The translations under genes were made by a program, and so were the position numbers. A stretch of DNA of 64,000 nucleotides, from assembly GCA_965223875.1 (NCBI GenBank), contig OZ245024.1, forward strand, positions 4,810,315-4,874,314, written 5' to 3'. Of the stretch, positions 9,506-19,341 are shown in pieces (the first letter of the stretch is position 1; every line of letters begins with the position of its first letter). The DNA is from Candidatus Multivoradales bacterium (lineage in GTDB: Bacteria > Acidobacteriota > Thermoanaerobaculia > Multivoradales > JAHEKO01). Below the pieces are notes generated by a model. It ran no database searches. It was given only the letters and a program-made list of their open reading frames with translations, and had not been told where the DNA came from.

Positions 9506-10072
9506 ATGGGAAGCATTGACGCAAACGCCTGTCGCTCGGGCACCAAACTGCTCTACAAGGGCGATCTCTACACCGTCGTGGAGCGTTCGCACCACAAGCC
9601 CGGCAAGGGCGGTGCCTTCGTCAAGCTCAAGCTCAAGGGCATCGTCACGGGCAAGGTGATCGACCACACGGTTCGCGCCGGCACCATGATGGAGTCGGCC
9701 GACGTGGTGACGCGACCGATGCAGTATCTCTACCAGGAAGGCGACAGCTATGTCTTCATGGACTCCGATAGCTACGAACAGCACAGCATCGCCAAGGACA
9801 TCCTGGGATTCGCGTCGAAGTTCCTCGCCGAAAGCGCCGAGGCGCAGGTGACCATGTACGAGGGCAGCGCCATCGGCGTGCAGCTGCCGCAGAAGATGGT
9901 GTTCGAAGTCGTAGAGACGATCGACGATCCGGCGCGCGGCAACACCGCGACCAACGTCACCAAAGACGCGACGATAGACACGGGACTGGTCGTCCAGGTG
10001 CCCAACTTCGTCAAGACCGGCGACAGGATCAGGATCCTGACCGAGGACGGCTCGTACGTCGAGCGCGCCTGA
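9506..10072 (+). CDS. efp: Translation elongation factor P
   Basis: HHKPGKGGAFVK loop, MQYLY, RGNTATNVTK and VPNFVKTGD..I..EDGSYVERA; 188 aa. Confidence 0.92.
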   Translation: MGSIDANACRSGTKLLYKGDLYTVVERSHHKPGKGGAFVKLKLKGIVTGKVIDHTVRAGTMMESADVVTRPMQYLYQEGDSYVFMDSDSYEQHSIAKDILGFASKFLAESAEAQVTMYEGSAIGVQLPQKMVFEVVETIDDPARGNTATNVTKDATIDTGLVVQVPNFVKTGDRIRILTEDGSYVERA

Positions 10073-10116
10073 GGGCTGGGCGGGCGAAGCGGAGCTGGCG
10101 GGCGGAAAGCGGCTGT

Positions 10117-10266
10117 TCCCTCCGACGGGGGACAGGCACCAACGACCACAAGCTGGGGACTGGCTCCAACTGATGCGGTGGCGCATCAGCCATCTGGTGC
10201 TGAAGCTCATCAGTTGGAGCCAGTCCCCGGACTTGCCCTGTTGGTGCCTGTCCCCCGTCGGAGGGA
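10117..10266. repeat. Nested perfect inverted repeat (27-bp outer arms, 21-bp inner arms) made of four REP-like GGGGACWGGCWCCAAC units
   Basis: 10117-10143 is the exact reverse complement of 10240-10266, and 10155-10175 is the exact reverse complement of 10208-10228. Confidence 0.9.
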
Positions 10267-10337
10267 GTATTTGGCCTCTGCCGGAGGGCATACCAGCCTC
10301 CGCCCGTCAGCACATACTTCCGCATGATTGCGGCCGC

Positions 10338-10367
10338 GTAATAACGGCCGCCGCGACACGTTGTCTA
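10338..10367 (+). promoter_or_regulatory. Putative ECF-sigma autoregulatory promoter (AAC-N17-GTCTA)
   Basis: AAC at 10343-10345 and GTCTA at 10363-10367, just upstream of the ECF sigma gene; resembles generic ECF -35/-10 elements. Confidence 0.35.
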
Positions 10368-10379
10368 GAGTGAAGGCCA

Positions 10380-10958
10380 ATGTCAAAGGACGGGAACTCG
10401 ATCATGGAAACAGCCGCTTCGGCGATGGCGCTCAAGGGCCCTTCGGGGGACTACGAGCAGGTCTTTCGCCAGTACTATCGATTGATCGTCGGCACGGCGT
10501 TTCGCGTCACCGGAAGCAGTGACGACGCCGAGGACGTTCTGCAAACCGTCTTCATGCGTCTGCTGCGGCGCTGGGAGGAGATCGACCTGTCGTCGAATCC
10601 AGCCGCCTATCTGCGGCGGGCGGCCGTGAACGCCTCGCTCGACCTGCTGCGCTCGCGGACGCGAGCCGGTTGGGTCCCCCTCGACGACATGGTCCACGAG
10701 GTCGAGGAGACCGGCGAGGCGAGTCCCGACCAACGCAGTCTCGACGGCGAGATGCGCGGCAAGCTGCGGCAGGTGATCCTGACGCTGAGCGACAAGAGCG
10801 CTCACGTCTTCGCCCTGCGCTACCTGGAAGAGATGGACAACAAGGAGATCGCCCGGATGCTCGGAATGAGTCAGACAGCGGTGGCGGTCATGCTGCACCG
10901 AGCGCGGCACAAGGTCCGCCAGCAGCTCGGAGACTTTCTTGGAGGTATGGAGTCATGA
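10380..10958 (+). CDS. ECF-family RNA polymerase sigma-70 factor
   Basis: Region 2 (DAEDVLQTVF, AYLRRAAVNASLDLLR) and region 4 (FALRYLEEMDNKEIARMLGMSQTAVAVMLHRAR). Confidence 0.92.
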   Translation: MSKDGNSIMETAASAMALKGPSGDYEQVFRQYYRLIVGTAFRVTGSSDDAEDVLQTVFMRLLRRWEEIDLSSNPAAYLRRAAVNASLDLLRSRTRAGWVPLDDMVHEVEETGEASPDQRSLDGEMRGKLRQVILTLSDKSAHVFALRYLEEMDNKEIARMLGMSQTAVAVMLHRARHKVRQQLGDFLGGMES

Positions 10959-13648
10959 GGAATCCGCGGAATACTGATCAGGCCCTCGATGCCGCACTGC
11001 GGCAGATTCGCTCGCGGGAGCTGTCCGACGAGGAGGTCGAAGCCATCGCGTCGCGCGTCTGGGCCAAGCTGGCCGACGCCGATCCGGCGAGCTCGCCGGA
11101 CGTCGACGAGCTACGCCCGATCCGCAGTTGTGAGGACTATCAAGCGCTGATTCCGGCGCTTCTCGACGGTACGCTGTCGAAGTCGCGACGGCTCCTGATC
11201 GAGAGCCACACCCGCGAGTGCCTGCTCTGCCGCAAGGCACTGAACTCCGCTCGCAAGGGTGAGCCCGAGAGCGTCGGCCGCTCCGCGACGACGGCCGGAC
11301 GGCCTCCCTACATGCGCTGGGCGATGGCCGCCGCCCTGGTGGCCGCGGTCGCGGCGGGGTCCTACTGGACCTTCGCTCTGCGCTCACTCAGCGGTGAAGG
11401 GGCGGTGGTCGAGACCGGTGGGTCGATCTATCGGATGGCCAGCGCCGAGGCGGGGCCGATCGCGGTCGGCGAGGGCGTCGACTACGGCGAGCGGCTGCGC
11501 ACCGGACGGGGCGAGAGTGCCCTGCTCGAGCTGGCCGACGGTTCGGTCGTGGAGGTCCGTGAACGCAGCCGGCTGTCACTCAAGGCGAATCCCCGCGGCA
11601 CCACGATCGATCTCGAGAGCGGCAGCGTCATCGTGCGGGCGGCGCCGCAGCGCGACGGACGGCTGTACGTGGCCACGGGCGATTGCCTGGTCTCGGTCAA
11701 GGGGACCATCTTCTCGGTGAACCACGGCACCAAGGGGTCTCGCGTCTCGGTCGTCGAGGGTGAGGTTCTGGTCGATGCCGGCGGCAAGGAGACGGTGCTG
11801 ACGCCGGGCGAGCAGACCTCGACCCACATCAGCCTGGCCATGGTCCCGGTCTCCGAGGACATCGCCTGGAGCCGCGACGTCGATCACTACATCGAGCTCA
11901 TGCGCGAGGTCTCCGACCTGCGCCGGGCGCTCGCCGAAGAGGTGCCGCGTCCCGACCTGCGCTACAGCAGCCGCCTGATCGGTATGGTTCCTGAAGACAC
12001 GGCCTTCTACGTGGCTCTGCCGAATCTCGCCGAGACGGTCGCCGAGGCCGACCGGATCCTGCGCGAGCGCATCGACGAGAGCCGTCTGCTCAAGCAGTGG
12101 TGGGAGAGTCGCGAGGAGCTCCAGCAGTTCGGACCGACCTTCGACGACATGACCGAGAGGCTGGCCGAGTTCGGCAGCTATCTGGGCGAAGAGGTCGTGG
12201 TGACGGCTCGCGTCGGCGCCGGCGACGAGGTCGGAAGTCCGTTGATCCTCGCCGAGCTTCGAGATGCCGCGGGCCTGCGCCGCTTCGTCGAGGAGACCCT
12301 CGCCGCCCACGCGGCCGGTGAGACCGACGGCGAGCACGGCGACATGGAGGGCATCGTTTTCATCGACGATCCTGCCCGCGCGCCGGCCACCGACGGTGAC
12401 GTCTACATCTGGATGGAGGGCGACACGCTGATCGCGTCCGACAAGCTCGAAGGCCTGCGCAGCGCCCTGGCGGCCGCCGCCTCCGGCTCGACCGACTTCG
12501 TGACCACGCGGTTCGGTCAGCGGGTCGAGGAGGCCTACGCCGAGGGCGCCGGCGTCCTGATCGCCGCCGATATCGAGCGCTTCGCCGCTTCGCAGATGGC
12601 GGAGACCGAGCTCGGCGACGAGCGCGCCACTCTCGAGGCCACCGGACTGCTGGCAGCCGAGCACTTCCTGTTGGAGCAGAAGTGGGTTGGCGGAGAGACC
12701 CAGCACCGTGCCGTTCTCGGCTTCGACGGGCCGCGCCAGGGGATGGCCGCGTGGCTGGCCGAGCCGGCTCCGATGGGCGGCCTCGAGTTCGTCTCGCCGG
12801 ACGCCAAGTTCGCCGCCGCGATCCTGCTGGTCGATCCCTCGGTCATGCTGGACGACGTGCTGCGGCTGGCGACCGGCATGGAGACCGAGGGCGTCGAGGG
12901 CGGCGTCGAAGAGCACCTGGCCCAGTTCGAGGCGCTGCTCGGTTTCGATATCCGCCAGGACGCCATGTCGGCCTTCGGTGGAGAAGTGGTGGTCGCGGTC
13001 GACGGTCCGCTGCTGCCCTCGCCTTCCTGGAAGCTGATTCTTGAGGTCTACGATCCGGCTCGCGCCGAGTTCGTGCTCGGGCAGATGGCAGCCTTCGCCA
13101 GTCAGCAACTGCTGGCCGAGGGAAGCGATCCGATCGAGATGGTCAGCGAGACCGTGGGCGGCAGGTCCTTCTGGACGATCGAAGGCACGCCCCAGTCCTT
13201 CCACTTCACCTTCGAGGACGGCTACCTGATCGCGGCGCCGAACCGGGCGCTGCTCGATCGCGCGCTGCGCTATCGCCAGTCGGGGTACACCCTGGCATCG
13301 GCGTCGCGGTTCCGTTCGTTGATGCCTGTCGACGGAGCCGACAACTTCTCGGCGCTCTTCTACCAGGACGCCATGAGCCTGCTCGAGCCCCTGGCGGAGC
13401 GCATCGCTTCGCAGGAGCTCACCGAAGGGCAGCGTCAGGCGCTCGACGCGCTGGCGAAGGAGAGTGGTCCGACACTGGGCTACGCCTACGGCGAGCCGGA
13501 GCGGGTCGTCTTCGCGGCCAGCGGTACAATGAGTCTCATCGATGCCGGCCTGCCGGGTCTTCTGGGCCTGGGCGGCTCCTTCGAGATGGACGGTCTGTTC
13601 CACTCGATCATGACGAAGGAGCTCGACCGCATCGAGCCGGAGAGCTGA
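10955..13648 (+). CDS. Large anti-sigma factor: zf-HC2 zinc finger, TM helix, FecR domain and a long C-terminal (DUF3352-like) domain
   Basis: HTRECLLC (HxxxCxxC); TM WAMAAALVAAVAAGSYW; FecR-like GERLRTG...LELADGS...VSVKGTIFSV...VSVVEGEV. ATGA overlap with the sigma gene. The C-terminal domain identity is a recollection-based guess. Confidence 0.75.
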   Translation: MRNPRNTDQALDAALRQIRSRELSDEEVEAIASRVWAKLADADPASSPDVDELRPIRSCEDYQALIPALLDGTLSKSRRLLIESHTRECLLCRKALNSARKGEPESVGRSATTAGRPPYMRWAMAAALVAAVAAGSYWTFALRSLSGEGAVVETGGSIYRMASAEAGPIAVGEGVDYGERLRTGRGESALLELADGSVVEVRERSRLSLKANPRGTTIDLESGSVIVRAAPQRDGRLYVATGDCLVSVKGTIFSVNHGTKGSRVSVVEGEVLVDAGGKETVLTPGEQTSTHISLAMVPVSEDIAWSRDVDHYIELMREVSDLRRALAEEVPRPDLRYSSRLIGMVPEDTAFYVALPNLAETVAEADRILRERIDESRLLKQWWESREELQQFGPTFDDMTERLAEFGSYLGEEVVVTARVGAGDEVGSPLILAELRDAAGLRRFVEETLAAHAAGETDGEHGDMEGIVFIDDPARAPATDGDVYIWMEGDTLIASDKLEGLRSALAAAASGSTDFVTTRFGQRVEEAYAEGAGVLIAADIERFAASQMAETELGDERATLEATGLLAAEHFLLEQKWVGGETQHRAVLGFDGPRQGMAAWLAEPAPMGGLEFVSPDAKFAAAILLVDPSVMLDDVLRLATGMETEGVEGGVEEHLAQFEALLGFDIRQDAMSAFGGEVVVAVDGPLLPSPSWKLILEVYDPARAEFVLGQMAAFASQQLLAEGSDPIEMVSETVGGRSFWTIEGTPQSFHFTFEDGYLIAAPNRALLDRALRYRQSGYTLASASRFRSLMPVDGADNFSALFYQDAMSLLEPLAERIASQELTEGQRQALDALAKESGPTLGYAYGEPERVVFAASGTMSLIDAGLPGLLGLGGSFEMDGLFHSIMTKELDRIEPES

Positions 13649-13819
13649 GGACGATTCCCGGCGAGCGGCCCGGGCCGGCGATCTACTTGACGATCGACCC
13701 GCTCGGACCGCTCGCTCTCCCGTCTCCGGCGTCTCCCAGAGACTCCAGTGTCCGAGGACCCCCTCACCGAACCCGATGCGCCTCGAAACCCGCCGGGTGC
13801 CGCGCGCGTAGTCCCCGCC

Positions 13820-14749
13820 ATGGAATCGGTCATCGAGCTCGACAACCTGAGCGTCAGCTTCGGCAAGGTCGAAGCCCTGCGCGGCCTGACGGGGAGGCTT
13901 TCGGGCCAAGCCATCGGCCTGCTGGGACCGAACGGCGCCGGCAAGACGACGCTCATCCACACGTTGCTCGGCTTCTACGAGCCCAGCGGCGGGGGAGGGC
14001 GGGTCTTCGGTCACGACATCCGAAGTCGCGACCGCAGCGTGCGGGCGCTGATCGGCTACATGCCGGAGCGCGATGCCTTCATCGAAGGCATGAACGCGGT
14101 GCGTTTCGTCCGCATGATGGGCGAGGTGGCGGGCCTGCCGGCGGCCGAGGCCCTGGAGCGGGCCCATGAAGCGCTCTACTTCGTCGGTCTCGGCGAGGCA
14201 CGGTACCGCCAGCTCGAGACCTACTCGCTCGGTATGAAGCAGCGCGCCAAGCTGGCGCAGGCGCTCGTACACGGGCCCCGCCTGCTGTTCCTGGACGAGC
14301 CGACCAACGGTCTCGACCCGCCGGCTCGCGAACGGATGATCCAGCTGATCCAGGAGATCCGTGACGCCGGCGACGTCCACATCATCCTCTCCTCGCACCT
14401 GCTGCGGGATGTCGAGGAGTGTTGTCATGAGGTGCTGATCCTGAAAGACGGTGAGATCGCCTACTCGTGCGATCTCGAAGAGGAGCGCCGCGCCAACATG
14501 AAGTTCCTGCAGATGCGTATCCACGGCGACCGTGACGGCTATCTGGCGCGGATCGGAGACCTGGGTTGCGAGTGCGCGGTCGACAGCAAGGACCGAATCC
14601 GGGTGGTGCTGCCGCCCGAGCTGTCGATTCGGGAGCTCTACCGGATCGCGTCCGAGACCGACGTCCAGATTCGTCACCTCGACTACAAGAAGGACTCGCT
14701 CCAGGACATCTTCCTGAAGGCGATGGAGGGCGGCAATGGCAGTCTATGA
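13820..14749 (+). CDS. ABC transporter ATP-binding protein (ABC-2/drug-exporter type)
   Basis: Walker A GPNGAGKT, signature YSLGMKQR, Walker [10 protein letters not shown]-loop LSSH; the start could be the GTG at 13748. Confidence 0.9.
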   Translation: MESVIELDNLSVSFGKVEALRGLTGRLSGQAIGLLGPNGAGKTTLIHTLLGFYEPSGGGGRVFGHDIRSRDRSVRALIGYMPERDAFIEGMNAVRFVRMMGEVAGLPAAEALERAHEALYFVGLGEARYRQLETYSLGMKQRAKLAQALVHGPRLLFLDEPTNGLDPPARERMIQLIQEIRDAGDVHIILSSHLLRDVEECCHEVLILKDGEIAYSCDLEEERRANMKFLQMRIHGDRDGYLARIGDLGCECAVDSKDRIRVVLPPELSIRELYRIASETDVQIRHLDYKKDSLQDIFLKAMEGGNGSL

Positions 14750-15635
14750 CCGTCTCTACCGGCCCTACACGGGGCCGACGACGCCGGAGTGGTCGCGCTT
14801 CCTGGTCATCACGCGCTACGCGCTCCGGGACGTCTTCCGCTCGAAGCTCCTGGTGGTCTTCTTCACCTTCTGCTTCGTCTTTCCGCTGATCTCGGCCGGT
14901 GCCATCTACCTGCGCCACAACGCCGACCTGCTCGAGGTTCTGCAGGCGATGGGCGGGGAGGGCATCCACGACTGGGTGCCGATCGACGGGTTCTTCTTCA
15001 ACATCATCCTGCGCGTCCAGGGTGGCTTCGCCTTCTTTCTGGTGCTCTTCGTCGGGCCGAGGCTGATCTCGCGAGACCTGGCCAACAACGGCCTGGCGCT
15101 GTATCTCAGCCGTCCCTTCTCGCGCGCCGAGTACGTGGCGGGGAAGGCGACGATCCTCATCGGTCTGGGGTCGCTGGTGACCTGGGTTCCGGGCCTGCTT
15201 CTGGTGCTGCTGCAGTTCAGCCTCGAGGAGACGGAGTGGTTGGCCAAGTACCCGCGGATCCCAATGGCCGTCTTCCTCGGGTCGTTGGTCTGGGTCGTGA
15301 TGATCACCTTTCTGGCGCTGGCCATCTCCGCCTGGGTGAAGTGGCGTCCCCTGGCCGGTTTCCTGCTGCTGATGATCTACTTCGCCGGCGGCTTCTTCGG
15401 CGAGATCATCAAGGCCCTCTTCCACACCGACCTGGGCCGGTTGGCGAGCATCAAGGCGGTGATCCAGGTGGTGTGGGCGGGCCTTCTCGGAATCGAGACG
15501 CGGATCGGTCCGTTCGGCGCTTTCGGCGCGGTCGAGGTTCCGGGGCTCGCGGCTTGGCTGACCGTCGCCTTCGTCATCGCGGTCTCCCTCTCGCTGTTGC
15601 ATCGGAAGATTCGCGCCTACGAGGTGGTCCGGTGA
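14736..15635 (+). CDS. ABC-2 type permease
   Basis: About six hydrophobic helices; [22 protein letters not shown] motif; overlaps both neighbours. Confidence 0.8.
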   Translation: MAVYDRLYRPYTGPTTPEWSRFLVITRYALRDVFRSKLLVVFFTFCFVFPLISAGAIYLRHNADLLEVLQAMGGEGIHDWVPIDGFFFNIILRVQGGFAFFLVLFVGPRLISRDLANNGLALYLSRPFSRAEYVAGKATILIGLGSLVTWVPGLLLVLLQFSLEETEWLAKYPRIPMAVFLGSLVWVVMITFLALAISAWVKWRPLAGFLLLMIYFAGGFFGEIIKALFHTDLGRLASIKAVIQVVWAGLLGIETRIGPFGAFGAVEVPGLAAWLTVAFVIAVSLSLLHRKIRAYEVVR

Positions 15636-16588
15636 GCGGCGGGGCGAGAGCTGACTCGATCCGCTTCGACAACGTGTCGAAGTTCTACGGCGAGGTCCTG
15701 GGGGTCAACCGGATCAACCTGACTCTCGAGCCGGGGATCACCGGGCTGGTCGGGCCCAACGGTTCGGGAAAGACCACCCTGATGAACCTGATGACCGGTC
15801 TGCTCCATCCGACCCAGGGCACGGTCGACATCCTCGGCATCCCGACGGACCGGCCCGAGCTGTTGTTCCAGAAGGTGGGCTACTGCACCCAGTACGACTC
15901 GTTCCCGCGCGGCCTGTCGGGGTACCAGTTCATCTACTCCTACCTGCGAGTGCACGGGAACCCCCACGCCGAGGCCGATCGGCTCACCTGGCAGGCCCTC
16001 GAGCGGGTCAACCTGACCGACGCGGCCCGACGCAAGGTCGCGGGGTACAGCAAGGGCATGCGACAGCGCGTCAAGCTGGCGCAGGCGATCAGTCACGACC
16101 CGCGAGTTCTGGTGCTGGACGAGCCGCTCAATGGGCTCGATCCGATGGCTCGCGCCGAGGTCATCGCGATCTTCCAGGACTTCGCCTCGGCCGGACGTCA
16201 CGTCGTCATCTCGAGCCACATCCTGCACGAGGTCGACATGATCTCCGATCAGGTCGTGCTGCTGTCGAGCGGCTACGTCGTCGCCGAAGGGGAGATCGAC
16301 GGCGTGCGAACCGAGATGGAGGACCATCCGATTCAGGTCCTGGTGCGTTGCGATCGGCCTTCGGAGGTCGCTGCAGCCCTGTTCGCGCAGGACCACCTCG
16401 TCGAGGCGCAGATCAACGAGGACGGCGGAGGCCTGCTGGTGCGTACCCGCAGCGCCGACCATTTCTACCGTCAGTTCAACGACATCGTGCTCGAACGCGA
16501 CATCCGCGTCCAGACCGTCACGGTCGCCGACTCCGACGTCCGCGCGGTCTACCAGTACCTGATCGGCAACGAAGGCGAGACGGTATGA
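15632..16588 (+). CDS. ABC transporter ATP-binding protein
   Basis: [32 protein letters not shown]; GTG start overlaps the previous stop (GTGA). Confidence 0.9.
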   Translation: MSGGARADSIRFDNVSKFYGEVLGVNRINLTLEPGITGLVGPNGSGKTTLMNLMTGLLHPTQGTVDILGIPTDRPELLFQKVGYCTQYDSFPRGLSGYQFIYSYLRVHGNPHAEADRLTWQALERVNLTDAARRKVAGYSKGMRQRVKLAQAISHDPRVLVLDEPLNGLDPMARAEVIAIFQDFASAGRHVVISSHILHEVDMISDQVVLLSSGYVVAEGEIDGVRTEMEDHPIQVLVRCDRPSEVAAALFAQDHLVEAQINEDGGGLLVRTRSADHFYRQFNDIVLERDIRVQTVTVADSDVRAVYQYLIGNEGETV

Positions 16589-17448
16589 GTGATTCGACCA
16601 CCACGGCCCCGGTCACGACCGCTCCCGTGGAGCCGACCCGGGCGCTGGTGCTCCGCCAGCTCGGCGGCATCCTGCGCCTGGAGCTGAAGCGCAGTCTGTT
16701 CGCCCGGCGTTCCTTCGCGGTCTACTTCCTGGCCTTCGCGCCGGTACTCCTGGTGGCCCTCTGGGCGGCGAGTCCGTTTCCGACCCGGGAGCTCGACGGC
16801 GCGGTCGAGGCCGCGACGATGTTCGCGGTCATCTTCGAGGCCTACCTGAGGGTGTCGATCTTCTTCAGCGCGCTGTTTCTGTTCGTCAACCTCTATCGCG
16901 CCGAGATTCTCGAGAAGAGCCTTCACTACTACTTTCTGTCGCCGGTTCGGCGCGACGTCGTCGCGGCGGGGAAGTACGCGGCGGCGCTGATCGTCGGCTG
17001 TCTGATCTTCATCGTCTCGACGGTTGTGCTGTTCGTGCTGACCATCATCCCCTGGGGGCTGGGAGCCTTCACCACCTATTTCTTCGGCGGTCCGGGTCTG
17101 GGAAACCTGCTGGCGTACCTGGCCGTGGTGGTCATGGCGTTCGGCGGCTACGGCGCGATCTTCATGGTGATCGGGCTACTCTTCCGCAACCCGGTGATCC
17201 CGGCGGCCGTGCTGTGGCTCTGGGAGGCCGCCAATCTGCTGCTGCCGCCGCTTCTGAAGCGCTTCAGCGTCGTCTTCTACCTTCAGTCGCTCTATCCGGT
17301 GCCGCTGACCCGCAGCCTGTTCGAAGTCGTGGTCGAGCCACCACCGGTCTGGCTCTCGGTAACCGGTGGGATCCTGGTGACCCTGGCGGTGCTCGCCTTC
17401 GCCGGCTGGAAGGTGCGGAACATGGAAGTCTCCTACGGCGGCGAGTAG
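16585..17448 (+). CDS. ABC-2 type permease
   Basis: Multi-TM; [21 protein letters not shown] motif; ATGA overlap. Confidence 0.8.
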   Translation: MSDSTTTAPVTTAPVEPTRALVLRQLGGILRLELKRSLFARRSFAVYFLAFAPVLLVALWAASPFPTRELDGAVEAATMFAVIFEAYLRVSIFFSALFLFVNLYRAEILEKSLHYYFLSPVRRDVVAAGKYAAALIVGCLIFIVSTVVLFVLTIIPWGLGAFTTYFFGGPGLGNLLAYLAVVVMAFGGYGAIFMVIGLLFRNPVIPAAVLWLWEAANLLLPPLLKRFSVVFYLQSLYPVPLTRSLFEVVVEPPPVWLSVTGGILVTLAVLAFAGWKVRNMEVSYGGE

Positions 17449-17487
17449 GTCTATCCCACCCTGCCGTCTACCCGTATAGTCGGCCGG

Positions 17488-19227
17488 ATGTTCCCCGAGA
17501 TCCGACGGCGCGACGCGGGCGGCGGCGAGGCGCCCAACGGGCTGAGTCTGCCCGGCGTCTCCGACGTTCTGGGGCGTATCTACGCCACCCGGGGTGTCGA
17601 GGACGCCGACGATCTCGAGTACCGGCTCGACCGACTGCCGTCGTTCGCCGGGCTGGCCGGGATCGACGCCGCGGTCGCGCTCTTCGAGGAGGCCCTCGAG
17701 GAGGGTCGGGAGATCGTCATCGTCGGCGACTACGACGCCGACGGAGCGACCAGCTCGGCGCTGGCGGTGCGGGCGCTACGAGGCTTCGGTGCTTCCAGGG
17801 TGACGACGCGGATACCCAACCGATTCACCGACGGCTACGGCCTGACCGCGGCCATCGTCGACTCGGTCGCGTCCTCCGAGCCGGGGCTGCTGCTGACGGT
17901 GGACAACGGGACGGCCAGCATCGACGGGGTGGAAGCGGCGCGGCGGCGCGGCATCCGGGTGGTGGTGACCGACCATCATCTCCCCGGCCCGGAGCTGCCG
18001 GCCGCGGATGCCCTGGTCAATCCCAACCTGCCGGACGACGCGTCGGGGCTCGGCTATCTGGCCGGAGTCGGCGTGACGTTTCTCCTCATGGTCGCGTTGA
18101 GGGCCCACCTGCGCTCTCGCGACTGGTTCACCAGCCGGTCGCTGGAGGAGCCGAATCTCGCCGATCTGCTCGATCTCGTCGCCCTCGGGACCGTCGCGGA
18201 CGTGGTGCCGCTCGAGCACGGCAACCGCCTGCTCGTCCACCAGGGGTTGCGACGGATGCGGGCCGGTCGCTGCCAGCCCGGCGTCAAGGCCCTGGTCGAG
18301 GTGGCCGGCAAGCGCCTCGAGCGGCTGAGCGAGGCCGACCTCGGGTTCGTCCTCGGTCCGCGACTGAACGCCGCCGGGAGGCTCTCCGACATGGCCCTCG
18401 GACTGAAGTGTCTGCTCGCCGATACCTATTCCGAGGCGCTCGAACCGGCGAAGGAGCTCGACCGCCTCAATCGGGAGCGGCGCTCGATCGAAGCGTCGAT
18501 GGAGACCGAGGCTCGCGCGGCTCTGGAGAGCCTGTCGCTCGACGCTCCGGAGGAGCTCCCGGCGGCGCTGTGCCTCTACGACGAGGGCTGGCACCAGGGC
18601 GTGGTCGGGATCCTCGCCTCGCGGCTGAAGGAGCGCTGGCACCGGCCGGTCGTCGCCTTCGCGCCCGGGGACGGCGCCGAGCTGCGGGGTTCGGCCAGAT
18701 CGGTCCGGGGTGTCCACATCCGCGACGTCATCGAGACGGTGGCGAACCGCCATCCGGGGCTGATCGGAAGGTTCGGAGGACATGCCATGGCGGCGGGGCT
18801 GAGTCTCGACGCGGACCACTTCGGGCGCTTCGAGGAGCTCTTCGTCTCCGAGGTCGACCGGGTCTTCCCGGCCGATGAGCGCCGCGGGATCGTCTACACC
18901 GACGGAGGTCTCGCATCCGGCGAGATCGGCCTCGAGCTGGCGCGCGAGATCGAGCGGGGAGGACCCTGGGGCACCGGCTTTCCGCAACCGAGCTTCGACG
19001 GCACCTTCGAGGTCGTCGACCGGCGCGTCGTCGGTACCAGACATCTGAAGATGAGGTTGCGTCCGCTGGACGGAAGCGGCGTCCTCGACGCCATCGCTTT
19101 TCGGACGACCGACGAAGAGTGGGCGGCCGGCCGGGCAACCATCGAGACGGTCTATCGGCTGGAGGTCAACGAGTACCGCGGGCTAGAGAAGCCACAACTC
19201 GTCGTCGAGCATCTCCGCCTGCTCTGA
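17488..19227 (+). CDS. recJ: Single-stranded-DNA-specific exonuclease RecJ
   Basis: GDYDADGATS, TVDNG, VTDHH, ALGTVADVV, GPRLNAAGRL and GGHAMAAGL. Confidence 0.95.
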   Translation: MFPEIRRRDAGGGEAPNGLSLPGVSDVLGRIYATRGVEDADDLEYRLDRLPSFAGLAGIDAAVALFEEALEEGREIVIVGDYDADGATSSALAVRALRGFGASRVTTRIPNRFTDGYGLTAAIVDSVASSEPGLLLTVDNGTASIDGVEAARRRGIRVVVTDHHLPGPELPAADALVNPNLPDDASGLGYLAGVGVTFLLMVALRAHLRSRDWFTSRSLEEPNLADLLDLVALGTVADVVPLEHGNRLLVHQGLRRMRAGRCQPGVKALVEVAGKRLERLSEADLGFVLGPRLNAAGRLSDMALGLKCLLADTYSEALEPAKELDRLNRERRSIEASMETEARAALESLSLDAPEELPAALCLYDEGWHQGVVGILASRLKERWHRPVVAFAPGDGAELRGSARSVRGVHIRDVIETVANRHPGLIGRFGGHAMAAGLSLDADHFGRFEELFVSEVDRVFPADERRGIVYTDGGLASGEIGLELAREIERGGPWGTGFPQPSFDGTFEVVDRRVVGTRHLKMRLRPLDGSGVLDAIAFRTTDEEWAAGRATIETVYRLEVNEYRGLEKPQLVVEHLRLL

Positions 19228-19239
19228 GAGGTAGCTCGC

Positions 19240-19273
19240 GGCGGGTAGCTTGGTCCCGGGCGGGTAGCTTGGT
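19240..19273 (+). repeat. 15-bp direct repeat GGCGGGTAGCTTGGT x2 upstream of the dipeptidase
   Basis: Copies at 19240-19254 and 19259-19273, followed by TATAAG. Confidence 0.7.
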
Positions 19274-19341
19274 ATAAGACGCAGAGCCAACCAGACCGAA
19301 GCGGCCGTCGATCCCGTCGGCCGCGGCCTACCGGAGGTTCC

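Noticed and set aside
10117-10266. CRISPR array interpretation of the repeats
   Set aside because: The units are inverted, not direct repeats with unique spacers, and no cas genes are present.
9293-10291. N-terminal extension of the 931-aa amidohydrolase ORF
   Set aside because: Runs antisense through efp and the palindrome; the real start is at 9292.
11576-14677. 1033-aa minus-strand ORF
   Set aside because: Antisense shadow of the anti-sigma and ABC genes; no recognisable domain; expected from high-GC codon bias.
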